Shown here one piece after another: positions 15,059-23,859 of a stretch of 36,137 nt of DNA (positions within the stretch are counted from its first letter, which is position 1; every line of letters begins with the position of its first letter). Both the position numbers and the translations under genes were made by a program. Location: NCBI GenBank assembly GCA_964579045.1, contig CAZOHR010000003.1, forward strand, positions 1 through 36,137. Reading direction: 5' to 3'. Source of the stretch: an uncultured Bacteroidales bacterium. Its GTDB lineage: Bacteria; Bacteroidota; Bacteroidia; Bacteroidales; ML635J-15. The notes under the pieces were generated by a model. The model searched no databases. It was not told the origin of the DNA and saw nothing but the letters and a program-made list of their open reading frames with translations.

Positions 15059-16152
15059 AACGCATTGAGTTCGTTTTTCAGAATCACGATGATGTAATTG
15101 TTTCAATGAGTGGTGGCAAGGATTCTACTGTATTATTCGAACTTGCTTATAGAGTCGCAAAGAAGTTGGACAGGTTGCCCTTAAAGGTATTTTGGTTAGA
15201 CCAAGAGGCAGAGTGGCAAGCAACTGTTGACTATATGCAAGGGATATTTGGTAGGGAATTTGTAACTCCACTTTGGTTTCAGATTCCTTTTGATTTTACG
15301 AATAGTTTATCGCACGAGAATAACTATTTGAAAATTTGGGATATTGAGAAAAAAGATAACTGGATTCATAGTCAAAGTGAAATTTCTATCAAGGAAAATA
15401 TCACTAAATATAATCGGTTCCACGATTTAGTTAATTATTTACCGAGTGCTTATGCAGAGGGAAAAGAAACTGCATTACTTGTGGGTATGAGAATATCAGA
15501 GAGCTTTAATAGGCGGACAACCATTATGAATTCGAGTTCAAGTTACAAAGGAATCACTTGGAGTAAAATGCCACGAGGAGCTTGTAGAACTTTTTGGCCT
15601 ATATATGATTTTACCGACGATGATATTTGGACTGCTATTGCTAAGAACGATTGGGAGTATAATAAAATCTATGACTTTCAGTATAACTGGGGAGTGGCTA
15701 AAAAAGGTATGCGTGTATCCGCATTGATTCACGAAACATCGTGGCACGCAATAGAAATGTTGCAGGAATTCGAATACAAAACATATAATAAATTCATTAA
15801 ACGAATAGGTGGAGTTAGTTGTTTTAATCATTTTGGAAAAGACATTATCGTTAGAGAATTACCGTTTGCTTTTAAGGATTGGAAAGAATATCGTGACTAT
15901 TTATTGGTGAATTTGGTAAAACCCGAATATTGGGATTTATTCAAACGAAGATGGAGCAAGCAAGAGGGCGAAAAATGGCACAGAATCCACACAAAAGAAG
16001 TTTTGATAAATGACATCGATGGAACTCTAAATGCCAACCACTCGTCAACGGTAAGGCTGAAAAACAAGAAAGAAGTGGGAAACAATAAATATTTCAAGCA
16101 CGATAGAGAACAATTTGATGAATATATGAAAGGCGGAGCAGAAAATGATTAA
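15013..16152 (+). CDS. PAPS-reductase-family PP-loop ATP pyrophosphatase, IbrA-like
   Basis: The PP-loop SGGKDS lies at nt 15109-15126 within VIVSMSGGKDSTVLFELAY. VGMRISES is also present. A long C-terminal extension follows, as in DUF3440-type IbrA proteins. Confidence 0.85.
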   Translation: MAINYKENTVFDEALERIEFVFQNHDDVIVSMSGGKDSTVLFELAYRVAKKLDRLPLKVFWLDQEAEWQATVDYMQGIFGREFVTPLWFQIPFDFTNSLSHENNYLKIWDIEKKDNWIHSQSEISIKENITKYNRFHDLVNYLPSAYAEGKETALLVGMRISESFNRRTTIMNSSSSYKGITWSKMPRGACRTFWPIYDFTDDDIWTAIAKNDWEYNKIYDFQYNWGVAKKGMRVSALIHETSWHAIEMLQEFEYKTYNKFIKRIGGVSCFNHFGKDIIVRELPFAFKDWKEYRDYLLVNLVKPEYWDLFKRRWSKQEGEKWHRIHTKEVLINDIDGTLNANHSSTVRLKNKKEVGNNKYFKHDREQFDEYMKGGAEND

Positions 16153-16720
16153 AGACCAACCGATTGATGAAGTAGTGTGGGTGCCAATAGAAAAGATTTT
16201 TGCTAACGATTATAACCCGAATTCTGTTGCTACAATGGAGATGAAACTCCTTTATGTGTCAGTAAAAAATGATGGGTACACTCAACCAGTAGTAACTATT
16301 TATGATTTCAAGCGAGATAGGTACACTATTGTAGATGGGTTCCACAGATATTCTATTATGAAAAGATACAAAGATATTTATGATTCTTGCGAGGGGAAAT
16401 TGCCTTGCGTAGTATTGAAGAATAAAACTGAAAATGATAGAATGGCGGCAACGGTTAGACATAACAGAGCGAGAGGAAAGCACTCCGTAAACGGAATGTC
16501 GAATATTGTAATGGAAATGCTTTTGAATGGTGCAAGTGACTTGCAAGTGTGCAACGAATTAGGGTTAGAGGCAGAGGAACTTATTCGTTTAAAACATATA
16601 ACAGGATATGCCAAGCTTTATATGAATAACACCTACACCAAAGCAAAAATGAGTGAAAAACAAGTAGAAGAAAAGAGGAAATACGAAGATGCGTTACATA
16701 ATGAGGGCGATAAAAAGTAG
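16145..16720 (+). CDS. ParB/Srx-fold protein, IbrB-like
   Basis: VPIEKIFANDYNPNS...GYTQPVV...IVDGFHRY is a ParB N-terminal domain signature. It overlaps the IbrA-like gene by 8 nt. Confidence 0.8.
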   Translation: MIKDQPIDEVVWVPIEKIFANDYNPNSVATMEMKLLYVSVKNDGYTQPVVTIYDFKRDRYTIVDGFHRYSIMKRYKDIYDSCEGKLPCVVLKNKTENDRMAATVRHNRARGKHSVNGMSNIVMEMLLNGASDLQVCNELGLEAEELIRLKHITGYAKLYMNNTYTKAKMSEKQVEEKRKYEDALHNEGDKK

Positions 16721-17231
16721 GGAGCATTTTGTGGACGAGGTAAAAGCAGAAATTCCCGAATTAGAAGTACATTATGACGATACAGGAAGTGCGATGGAAT
16801 CATTGAAATATACCTTAGAACATATTATTGGTGACGATGCTTGCGTGTTATTCGAAGATGATATTGAGTTATGCGATGATTTTAAAAACAAGATAGAAAG
16901 TGTTATAAATGAATTGCCCGATACTTTAATCAGTTTCTTTTCGTTATCAAAGAAAAACGTAGTTCCATATTGGAAACGAGGGAAAGAATTTTGTATGATG
17001 CAATGCGTATATTTGCCAAAAGGATTCGCAAGCAAATTATTATCTACTTATGACGATTGGAGAGCTACACAGGGAGTTAGTAATTTGCAAGCAACAGATT
17101 TTTGGATTGGGTATGCGTGGAAAATTGAATATTTCGTATATTGCCCAAGTTTGGTGCAACATAGAGTGTGTGTTTCTGCTATTGATAAGCGGAGAAGTAG
17201 TAAAAGACAATCGATAACATTTAAGAAGTAA
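16689..17231 (+). CDS. GT-A-like glycosyltransferase candidate (family-25-like), function uncertain
   Basis: ACVLFEDDIELCDDF resembles the acidic EDD/DxD loop of GT25-type enzymes, and the size is about 180 aa. Alternative start is ATG 16701. It overlaps the upstream gene. Confidence 0.5.
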   Translation: MRYIMRAIKSREHFVDEVKAEIPELEVHYDDTGSAMESLKYTLEHIIGDDACVLFEDDIELCDDFKNKIESVINELPDTLISFFSLSKKNVVPYWKRGKEFCMMQCVYLPKGFASKLLSTYDDWRATQGVSNLQATDFWIGYAWKIEYFVYCPSLVQHRVCVSAIDKRRSSKRQSITFKK

Positions 17232-17270
17232 AATTCAATAAAAATCAAACAAAAGGGAGAATGTAAAATA

Positions 17271-17939
17271 ATGGAAAATATACAGATAGTTTACAAACAG
17301 ATTAGCGAGATAAAACCATACATTAGGAATCCGAGGCAGAACAAGAAAACGATTGAGATGCTCGTAAAATTGATTCCGCAAGTAGGATTCAATGTTCCGT
17401 TGGTAATTGATAAAAACGGAGTTATCGTCAAAGGACATTCAAGATTTGTGGCAGGAATTCAATTAGGTATGACTGAATTACCTTGCATTGTTTCTGATGC
17501 TGACGAAGAAAGTATTAAGCTCGATAGAATCGCTGATAATAGAGTGAGTGAATTTTCAGAGTGGGTGAATGAACCATTGATGCACGAGCTTGATATGTTG
17601 ACTATGGACTTCTCTTTCTTGGAATTCCCTATGCCGAAAGTGGAATTACCGCAATTTAAAGAAGAATTCGCTGAATTCGACGAAGATTTAGGTGGAGATG
17701 ATGAAAAACCCGAAGATTTAGAAGAACGCAAAAAGCGTTTTCTTGAAATGCAGGAGCAACAAAGGAAAGCAGGAAACGGAGTTCAAATTGCTACTGAACA
17801 AGGATTGCAAAAAGCATTAGAGAAACAAGGAGCAGAGGCAGTAGAACCGCCTAAATATTATAAAATAGTATGCGAAGATTGTGGACACGTTCAATTTGTA
17901 AAAGCCGAAGATGTTTGGGAATCAGAGGAACGAGTTTAA
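17271..17939 (+). CDS. ParB-like nuclease-domain protein with acidic C-terminal region and CxxC element
   Basis: ISEIKPYIRNPRQN...VPLVIDKNGVIVKGHSRFVAGIQLG is the ParBc type usually fused to N6_N4 methylases. An acidic tract is EFAEFDEDLGGDDEKPEDLEE. VCEDCGH is also present. Confidence 0.8.
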   Translation: MENIQIVYKQISEIKPYIRNPRQNKKTIEMLVKLIPQVGFNVPLVIDKNGVIVKGHSRFVAGIQLGMTELPCIVSDADEESIKLDRIADNRVSEFSEWVNEPLMHELDMLTMDFSFLEFPMPKVELPQFKEEFAEFDEDLGGDDEKPEDLEERKKRFLEMQEQQRKAGNGVQIATEQGLQKALEKQGAEAVEPPKYYKIVCEDCGHVQFVKAEDVWESEERV

Positions 17940-17961
17940 TGGCTCGATAGGAGTGATTATT

Positions 17962-18507
17962 TTGTATAATTCCGCACTTGATACACACAATAAGAGAGAT
18001 GGTTCCGTTAACAATTATCATAACGGAACCGCTTTCGTACATAACATTTTAAACGGAACAGATGAACGTTTTTTGTACGCAGATGCCATTTATTCAGAGA
18101 TTTCGTGGCAAAAAGGGTTCGAAAAGTTTATGAAAAGAGCAAATGTAGAGGATTTCCGCACTTATAAAGAGTATATTGATTCAATTATTGCAGTTGTAAA
18201 ATGGCTTGGAGTTCCTACAATTCTGATATGTGGAAAGACAGGAATCACAGGTTATGATTGGAAACACGAAACATATTTTAGTGCCGTGAAATGCAAGGCA
18301 GTTGCTTATGGATTCAACTGTAAAAAAGTGAAATTTGATACTACTGATTTGTATATGGACTATCTTGCGGAAACGAAAGAAACTCTACTTGATTTTTGTT
18401 GCGGATATGGGAATATATTGAGGTTTTGCGATTTACACGACACTAAATTCATTTGTTCGGATATAAACGAGGATTGCATAAATTATATAAAAGGAGTTGA
18501 GGCTTAA
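17962..18507 (+). CDS. methyltransferase-like protein with permuted (beta-class) order and degenerate motifs
   Basis: TTG 17962 has AGGAG 8 nt upstream. A motif IV-like DAIY is at nt 18082-18093 (FLYADAIYSE). A motif I-like DFCCGYG is at nt 18391-18411, near the C-terminus. Confidence 0.5.
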   Translation: MYNSALDTHNKRDGSVNNYHNGTAFVHNILNGTDERFLYADAIYSEISWQKGFEKFMKRANVEDFRTYKEYIDSIIAVVKWLGVPTILICGKTGITGYDWKHETYFSAVKCKAVAYGFNCKKVKFDTTDLYMDYLAETKETLLDFCCGYGNILRFCDLHDTKFICSDINEDCINYIKGVEA

Positions 18508-18860
18508 TGGCAAGACCAAAGATAATTATTGACGAAAATCAATTTGAGAATTTATGCAACATTCATTGTACGTTAGACGAGATTGCAGGGTTCTTTAATT
18601 GTTCCGCCGATACGATTGAAAACTGGTGTAAAAGGGAATACGGAGAGCGTTTTTCGGACGTCTATAAAAAGAAGTCCGCCAAAGGTAAAATATCATTGAG
18701 AAGAACACAATTTAAAATGGCTGAAAAGAATGTAGCTATGGCAATATGGTTAGGCAAACAATGGCTCGGACAAAAGGAGAATGACGAGAATAACGGAAAC
18801 AATTTCGGAATGTTGCCCGAATTATTACAATACTTCAAAGATAATGCGAGGAAGAAATAA
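18507..18860 (+). CDS. terS: terminase small subunit
   Basis: HTH-like N-terminus is CTLDEIAGFFNCSADTIENWCKR, followed by LRRTQFKMAEKNVAMAIWLGKQWLGQKE. It lies directly upstream of TerL with an ATGA/TAATG overlap. Confidence 0.8.
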   Translation: MARPKIIIDENQFENLCNIHCTLDEIAGFFNCSADTIENWCKREYGERFSDVYKKKSAKGKISLRRTQFKMAEKNVAMAIWLGKQWLGQKENDENNGNNFGMLPELLQYFKDNARKK

Positions 18861-20128
18861 TGCGTAAAGGTATTGCTAAGGTGGAAAAGAAAGAAGAAAT
18901 TGGTTTTACCTCAAAACAAATGGAGTTCTTGCAAGCAGATAGTAACCGAATCAATTTCCTAAGTGGAAGTGTTAGAAGTGGAAAGACCTATGTTAGTTTA
19001 GTGAAATGGGCGTTATGGGTTGCAAGTCAACCCGAGGATATGGAGTTTATAATGGTTGGTAAGACTATTACATCTCTAAAAAGAAATTGCCTTAGTTTAT
19101 TAGAAAAATTTGTTGGAACGGATAATTTCCATTATTCAAGTTCTAACAAATTTGGAACATTATTTGGTAGGAGAGTATATTTAGAGGGAGCGAATGACGA
19201 GCGAAGTGAGAATAAAATTCGAGGTATGACATTATTTGGAGCTTATTGTGATGAAGTTACTTTATACCCCGAATCGTTTTTTAGTATGCTACTCACTCGT
19301 TTATCATTTGACGATGCTCGACTATGGGCAACTTGCAACCCCGACAATCCAAGTCACTATATCAAAATGAAATACATAGACAATGAAGAACTTGATATGA
19401 AAGTGTGGAACTTTATTCTGACTGATAATACATATCTTGGGGCAAAGTTTATTGAGAACATTTCAAAGGAATTTACAGGAGTATTTTATAACAGATTCAT
19501 ATTAGGACAATGGGTTAGAGCAGAGGGTATTATATATCGAGAATTCGCCGACCAAGTTGATTCATATTTGATAGATGAAATACCTAAGGATTTAATTCAA
19601 GTCACGATAGGAGTCGATTTTGGGGGCAACGCAAGCGCTACGACATTTGTTTGCTCGGGTATTACACAGAATTACAGAGATGTTGTTATTTTAGAGAACA
19701 AATATATCAAAGAGGAACTAACACCGATTAAGTTGGAGAATCTTTTTGTTGAATTTGTAAAGATATGTATTTCAAAGTATGGCAGGGTAAACTATATCTA
19801 TGTTGATAGTGCGGAGCAGATATTGAAACACGGAATGGTTCGCAGAGTTCAACAAGAGAGATTACCAGTTCAAGTTAAAAATGCTTATAAGATGCAGATA
19901 ACAGATAGAATCAAATTAGTTATTAGACTGCAAGCAAGCGGAAGATTCAAAGTGATGCGACATTGTAAGCAAGTGATAAAAGCACTATGCGACGCAGTTT
20001 GGGATTCCACAAAGCAAACTGACGAGAGGCTTGATGATATGACAAGCGACATTGATACACTTGATGCACTTGAATACTCTATTGAGCGAAGTTATAAAAA
20101 TCTAACAGATTATATTGTGAGGAATTAA
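18860..20128 (+). CDS. terL: terminase large subunit (PBSX/Terminase_3-like)
   Basis: Walker A is LSGSVRSGKTY and Walker B-like is GAYCDEV. ATCNPD and the C-terminal nuclease acidic residues (VDFG, YVDSAE, DDMTSDIDTLDALEY) are present. Confidence 0.9.
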   Translation: MRKGIAKVEKKEEIGFTSKQMEFLQADSNRINFLSGSVRSGKTYVSLVKWALWVASQPEDMEFIMVGKTITSLKRNCLSLLEKFVGTDNFHYSSSNKFGTLFGRRVYLEGANDERSENKIRGMTLFGAYCDEVTLYPESFFSMLLTRLSFDDARLWATCNPDNPSHYIKMKYIDNEELDMKVWNFILTDNTYLGAKFIENISKEFTGVFYNRFILGQWVRAEGIIYREFADQVDSYLIDEIPKDLIQVTIGVDFGGNASATTFVCSGITQNYRDVVILENKYIKEELTPIKLENLFVEFVKICISKYGRVNYIYVDSAEQILKHGMVRRVQQERLPVQVKNAYKMQITDRIKLVIRLQASGRFKVMRHCKQVIKALCDAVWDSTKQTDERLDDMTSDIDTLDALEYSIERSYKNLTDYIVRN

Positions 20129-20240
20129 ATTATGGGTAAATTTTCAGAGCTTGATATAGAGAGCAGAGAAATTGAAATGAAAGTGATAGTTGGGGAATTT
20201 GAGCAAGAAGAACCAAAATATAAAAAAGAGGGTGAACAGT

Positions 20241-21635
20241 ATGGATTTGAAAACATTTATCAAGGGTAAAGGGTATGATATGACACAACAAGTTCTTATG
20301 CAGGAGCATATAACAAATTGGGAAAGTTGGTACAAAGGAATTGTAGGGAGTTTTCACAATTACTTTATCTACAATGGAACTAATAAAGTGCACCAAAAGA
20401 AATTGTCTTTACAAATGGGCAAGAAAATATGCGAGGATTGGGCAAACTTGCTGATGAACGAGCGAGTGGAATTCATATCAGAGGGTAACGAGAAATTGTT
20501 GGAGATACTTGATGATAATGATTTTTGGGTATTAGCGAATCAAGGCGTAGAAATGACTTTCGCACAAGGAACAGGAGCTTTTGTAGTAGGAATCAATGAT
20601 GTGTTATATGACGAAGAAACAGATGTATTCGATATGGCAGAGGGTAAAATCGAAATACAATTTGTTACTGCTGATAAAATATATCCATTGAGTTTTTCAA
20701 ACGGAAATATAACCGAATGTGCATTTGTTACACACAAGACTATTAATGGAGAACAATTCGCTTTCGTATCAATGCACATCAAAGAAAATGAGTTATATGT
20801 TATCAAAAATTATATGCTCAAAATAAAAAATGGTAACTACAAAGATGTTACTGATAAATTAGCAGATTCGATGCAGGAATTCAAAACAGGAATGACAATT
20901 CCGTGGTTTGGTATTTTAAAGCCGAATATCATCAATAATGTGGTAAAGGATAGTCCATACGGAATGAGTATATTTGGTAACTCTATTGACATACTGAAAG
21001 CATTGGACAACGTTTATGATTCTATGAATAACGATGTTCAAAATGGCAGGAGTAGGATATTTGTATCCGCTGAAATGCTTAAAATTGATACAGAGGGCAA
21101 CCAAAAACTGACATTCGATGCGAATGATACTACATTTTATCAGTTACCTACAACGATGGACGATGAAAATATGATAAAGAACATCACTACTGATTTGAGA
21201 ATTACCGACCACAAGGAATGTATTGAAACTAATTTGAACATTTTATCAAGCAAAGTAGGATTTGGTGAAAGACACTATAAATTCGATAGTTCGAATATTG
21301 CTACTGCTACTCAAATAATTTCAGAGAATAGTACATTATTTAGGACTTTGAAAAAGCACGAGGTATTGCTTGAAAATTGTTTATATGAATTATTCGAGGC
21401 AATAATGGAAATTTCTAACAAATTTTTAGGTGGAACATTCGACTTGAATTCTGAAATTACTATTGATTTTGACGATTCCATTATTGAGGACAAGAACACA
21501 GAGATGGCAAGAGATTTGATTCTTGTAAATAGTGGAATTATGGAGAAATGGGAGTACAGAATGAAACATCTCGGTGAAGATGAAGAAACCGCAAAGAAAA
21601 GTGTTCCTGCAACGATTGATAATACTGGATTTTAA
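20241..21635 (+). CDS. portal protein (SPP1 gp6-like)
   Basis: Its position after TerL, its size of about 465 aa and an N-terminus of ITNWESWYKG are typical of SPP1-family portals. RBS AGAGGGTGA lies before ATG 20241. Confidence 0.85.
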   Translation: MDLKTFIKGKGYDMTQQVLMQEHITNWESWYKGIVGSFHNYFIYNGTNKVHQKKLSLQMGKKICEDWANLLMNERVEFISEGNEKLLEILDDNDFWVLANQGVEMTFAQGTGAFVVGINDVLYDEETDVFDMAEGKIEIQFVTADKIYPLSFSNGNITECAFVTHKTINGEQFAFVSMHIKENELYVIKNYMLKIKNGNYKDVTDKLADSMQEFKTGMTIPWFGILKPNIINNVVKDSPYGMSIFGNSIDILKALDNVYDSMNNDVQNGRSRIFVSAEMLKIDTEGNQKLTFDANDTTFYQLPTTMDDENMIKNITTDLRITDHKECIETNLNILSSKVGFGERHYKFDSSNIATATQIISENSTLFRTLKKHEVLLENCLYELFEAIMEISNKFLGGTFDLNSEITIDFDDSIIEDKNTEMARDLILVNSGIMEKWEYRMKHLGEDEETAKKSVPATIDNTGF

Positions 21636-21648
21636 GGGGTTGAGATAA

Positions 21649-23856
21649 TTGTTGACACCAAATTATTTAGCTGATTGTTCTGACGATATAGTAGCTCTTT
21701 ACAGAAATGTAGAGAGCGAAGTTGTCAACGATATGGCTAAAAGAATCGCAAAAGTTGGGAAAATCACTTCTACTACTGAATTTCAGATAATGCAGATGCA
21801 GGAATCGGGTTTGGTTTACAATGATATAGTGAAAAGGATAGCAAAAGCAAACGGAGTAACTCAAAAATCTATTAAAACTCTATTCAATGATGCAGGAATA
21901 AAGAGCTTGAAGTTCGATGATGATATTTACACACAAGCAGGACTAAATCCTCTACCTATCAAGCAGTCGGAATCATTGTTGCAGATATTATCGGCAGGAG
22001 TACAAAAGAATTCCGCAAGTATTAAGAATATCACAATGACTACTGCATTAGCGGGGCAAAACGCATTTATTCAAGCAAGTGATATAGCGTACCAAGGAAT
22101 ATCAAGCGGAGCATTTACTTATCAACAAGCTATTTCGAATGCGGTTAGTAAAATGTCGAAAGAGGGTTTACAAACTATTGATTATAAGAACAATCGCAAA
22201 ATGAATGTGGAATCCGCAGTAAGAAGAACTGTATTGACGGGAATCAATCAAACTGCAAGCCAACTTCAAATGGCAAGAGCAGAGGAAATGGGTGCTACTG
22301 ATTTTGAAGTAACCGCACACGGAGGAGCGAGGAAAGAACACGCAAGTTGGCAAGGGAAAGTATGGAGCAAGAGAGATTTATATGGTATTTGCGGGTTAGG
22401 AACTGCGGGTGGCTTATGCGGAGTGAATTGTAGACATAGTTATTATCCATATTACAAAGGAGTTAGTGAGAGAGCATATTCTGATTCAGAGTTAAAAAGT
22501 TTAAACGAAGATTATGTGGAATATAATGGCAAGAAAATGACCTATTACGATGGCACTCAAAAATTGCGAGGAATCGAACGGAATATCCGCACTTATAAGA
22601 GAGAGGCGAATGCACTTGAAATGGCAGGAGTGGACAATTCGTTGGCAAGGAGCAAGATTAGAGAATGGCAGTCGATTGGTAGAGAGTTTACAAAGCAAAC
22701 AGGAATCAAAAGAGATTATTTCAGAGAGAAAGTTATAAAACTGGAAAAACCAAAAACTCCCATTACTGCGATTGAAAAGCCAAAACCAAAACCAATTATT
22801 CCGCCAACAAGAGAAGAACAAGCAAAAGCTATATCGGAAAATATCAAGAGCAAAGGTTTTTGGAATAGAGGTTCGCACGAAGAAAATATCCAATTAGGCG
22901 AATTGTATTTAAAAGACTATAAAGAGTTTATGAAAAACGAAGAATTCGAGAATTTGTATATCACGAAATCAAAATTTGATAAAGCGAAGAAAGACCTTGA
23001 ATTATCGGAGCAAAAAATTAGAGAATTAAATAGTAAAGGTTCACAAGTCAGACGAAATCTCTCCACATTAGAGGAAGTAGGTGGGCAAGAGGCTCTCGAT
23101 AAAGCAGAGCGAGAAATCCAAGCTATTTATAGGCATCAAGCGGAAGTTTTGAATCCTGCAATTTATGACACGAGAGTTGCTTATGAAAATGCAAAGCGAG
23201 AAGTATCGTATAAACATTCCAATGGAGAGGGTGGCTATAAATACGATAATATGTATAAATTCAGAACATTTATGCGTAAGAACAACGTAGAAATGCTTTC
23301 TCCAAGTGAAATAGATTTGTCGAAATTTTTTAAGAACTCAAATGTTTTCAATGAATCAACAGTAGAATGTATTCAAGAATGTTTGGCGGTTTATCCTAAA
23401 AAGATGCTCGATGAATTAAGCAAGTGGGAACCTATTGAGTTGGAATTAAATGTAAAACGAGGATATTTTAGCAATTCCAAACAGAAAATTGCAGTTTCGG
23501 GCGACTTAGAAAAATATTCAGTAAAAGAATTTTTAGCTGATGGGCAAGAAACACTTATACACGAGGTAGGACATTGGATTGATTCAAGAGATTATGGTAG
23601 ACCTGCAAAAGAGTTTTTAGAATATAGAACCAAAGGTGAAGATGCTACTTGGTTGGGTGGAAATTATGAACAACACGAAATAGGGAAAAGAGATAAGTTT
23701 TCAGATGTTTATATGGGAAAAGTTTACAATTCTATGTATGATACTGAAATCAATTCAATGGGATTCACAAGTTTAATATTGAATCCATCAACACTTGAAT
23801 TAGACGAGGAGTATAAAAGTTTCATATTGGGAATATTATTTAATATGGGGGTGTAG
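21649..23856 (+). CDS. MuF/SPP1 gp7-like minor head protein fused to a C-terminal HExxH metallopeptidase-like domain (polyvalent protein)
   Basis: The MuF core shows VTAHGGARKEHASWQGKVWS and CRHSYYPY. The linker is KPKTPITAIEKPKPKPIIPP, followed by a coiled-coil region. HEVGH is at nt 23560-23574. The start is TTG with AAGGGG upstream. Confidence 0.8.
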   Translation: MLTPNYLADCSDDIVALYRNVESEVVNDMAKRIAKVGKITSTTEFQIMQMQESGLVYNDIVKRIAKANGVTQKSIKTLFNDAGIKSLKFDDDIYTQAGLNPLPIKQSESLLQILSAGVQKNSASIKNITMTTALAGQNAFIQASDIAYQGISSGAFTYQQAISNAVSKMSKEGLQTIDYKNNRKMNVESAVRRTVLTGINQTASQLQMARAEEMGATDFEVTAHGGARKEHASWQGKVWSKRDLYGICGLGTAGGLCGVNCRHSYYPYYKGVSERAYSDSELKSLNEDYVEYNGKKMTYYDGTQKLRGIERNIRTYKREANALEMAGVDNSLARSKIREWQSIGREFTKQTGIKRDYFREKVIKLEKPKTPITAIEKPKPKPIIPPTREEQAKAISENIKSKGFWNRGSHEENIQLGELYLKDYKEFMKNEEFENLYITKSKFDKAKKDLELSEQKIRELNSKGSQVRRNLSTLEEVGGQEALDKAEREIQAIYRHQAEVLNPAIYDTRVAYENAKREVSYKHSNGEGGYKYDNMYKFRTFMRKNNVEMLSPSEIDLSKFFKNSNVFNESTVECIQECLAVYPKKMLDELSKWEPIELELNVKRGYFSNSKQKIAVSGDLEKYSVKEFLADGQETLIHEVGHWIDSRDYGRPAKEFLEYRTKGEDATWLGGNYEQHEIGKRDKFSDVYMGKVYNSMYDTEINSMGFTSLILNPSTLELDEEYKSFILGILFNMGV

Positions 23857-23859
23857 AAA

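Noticed and set aside
18507-18860. A pac site inside or adjacent to terS.
   Set aside because: It is expected on biological grounds for a headful-type TerL. However, I could not identify a distinctive repeat or bent-DNA signature in the sequence, so no site is called.
20132-20269. 45-aa acidic ORF between terL and the portal gene (MGKFSELDIESREIEMKVIVGEFEQEEPKYKKEGEQYGFENIYQG).
   Set aside because: It starts 3 nt after the terL stop but has no clear RBS, and it overlaps the preferred portal start (20241) by 29 nt. I left it unresolved rather than annotating it. Ribosome profiling or proteomics would decide.
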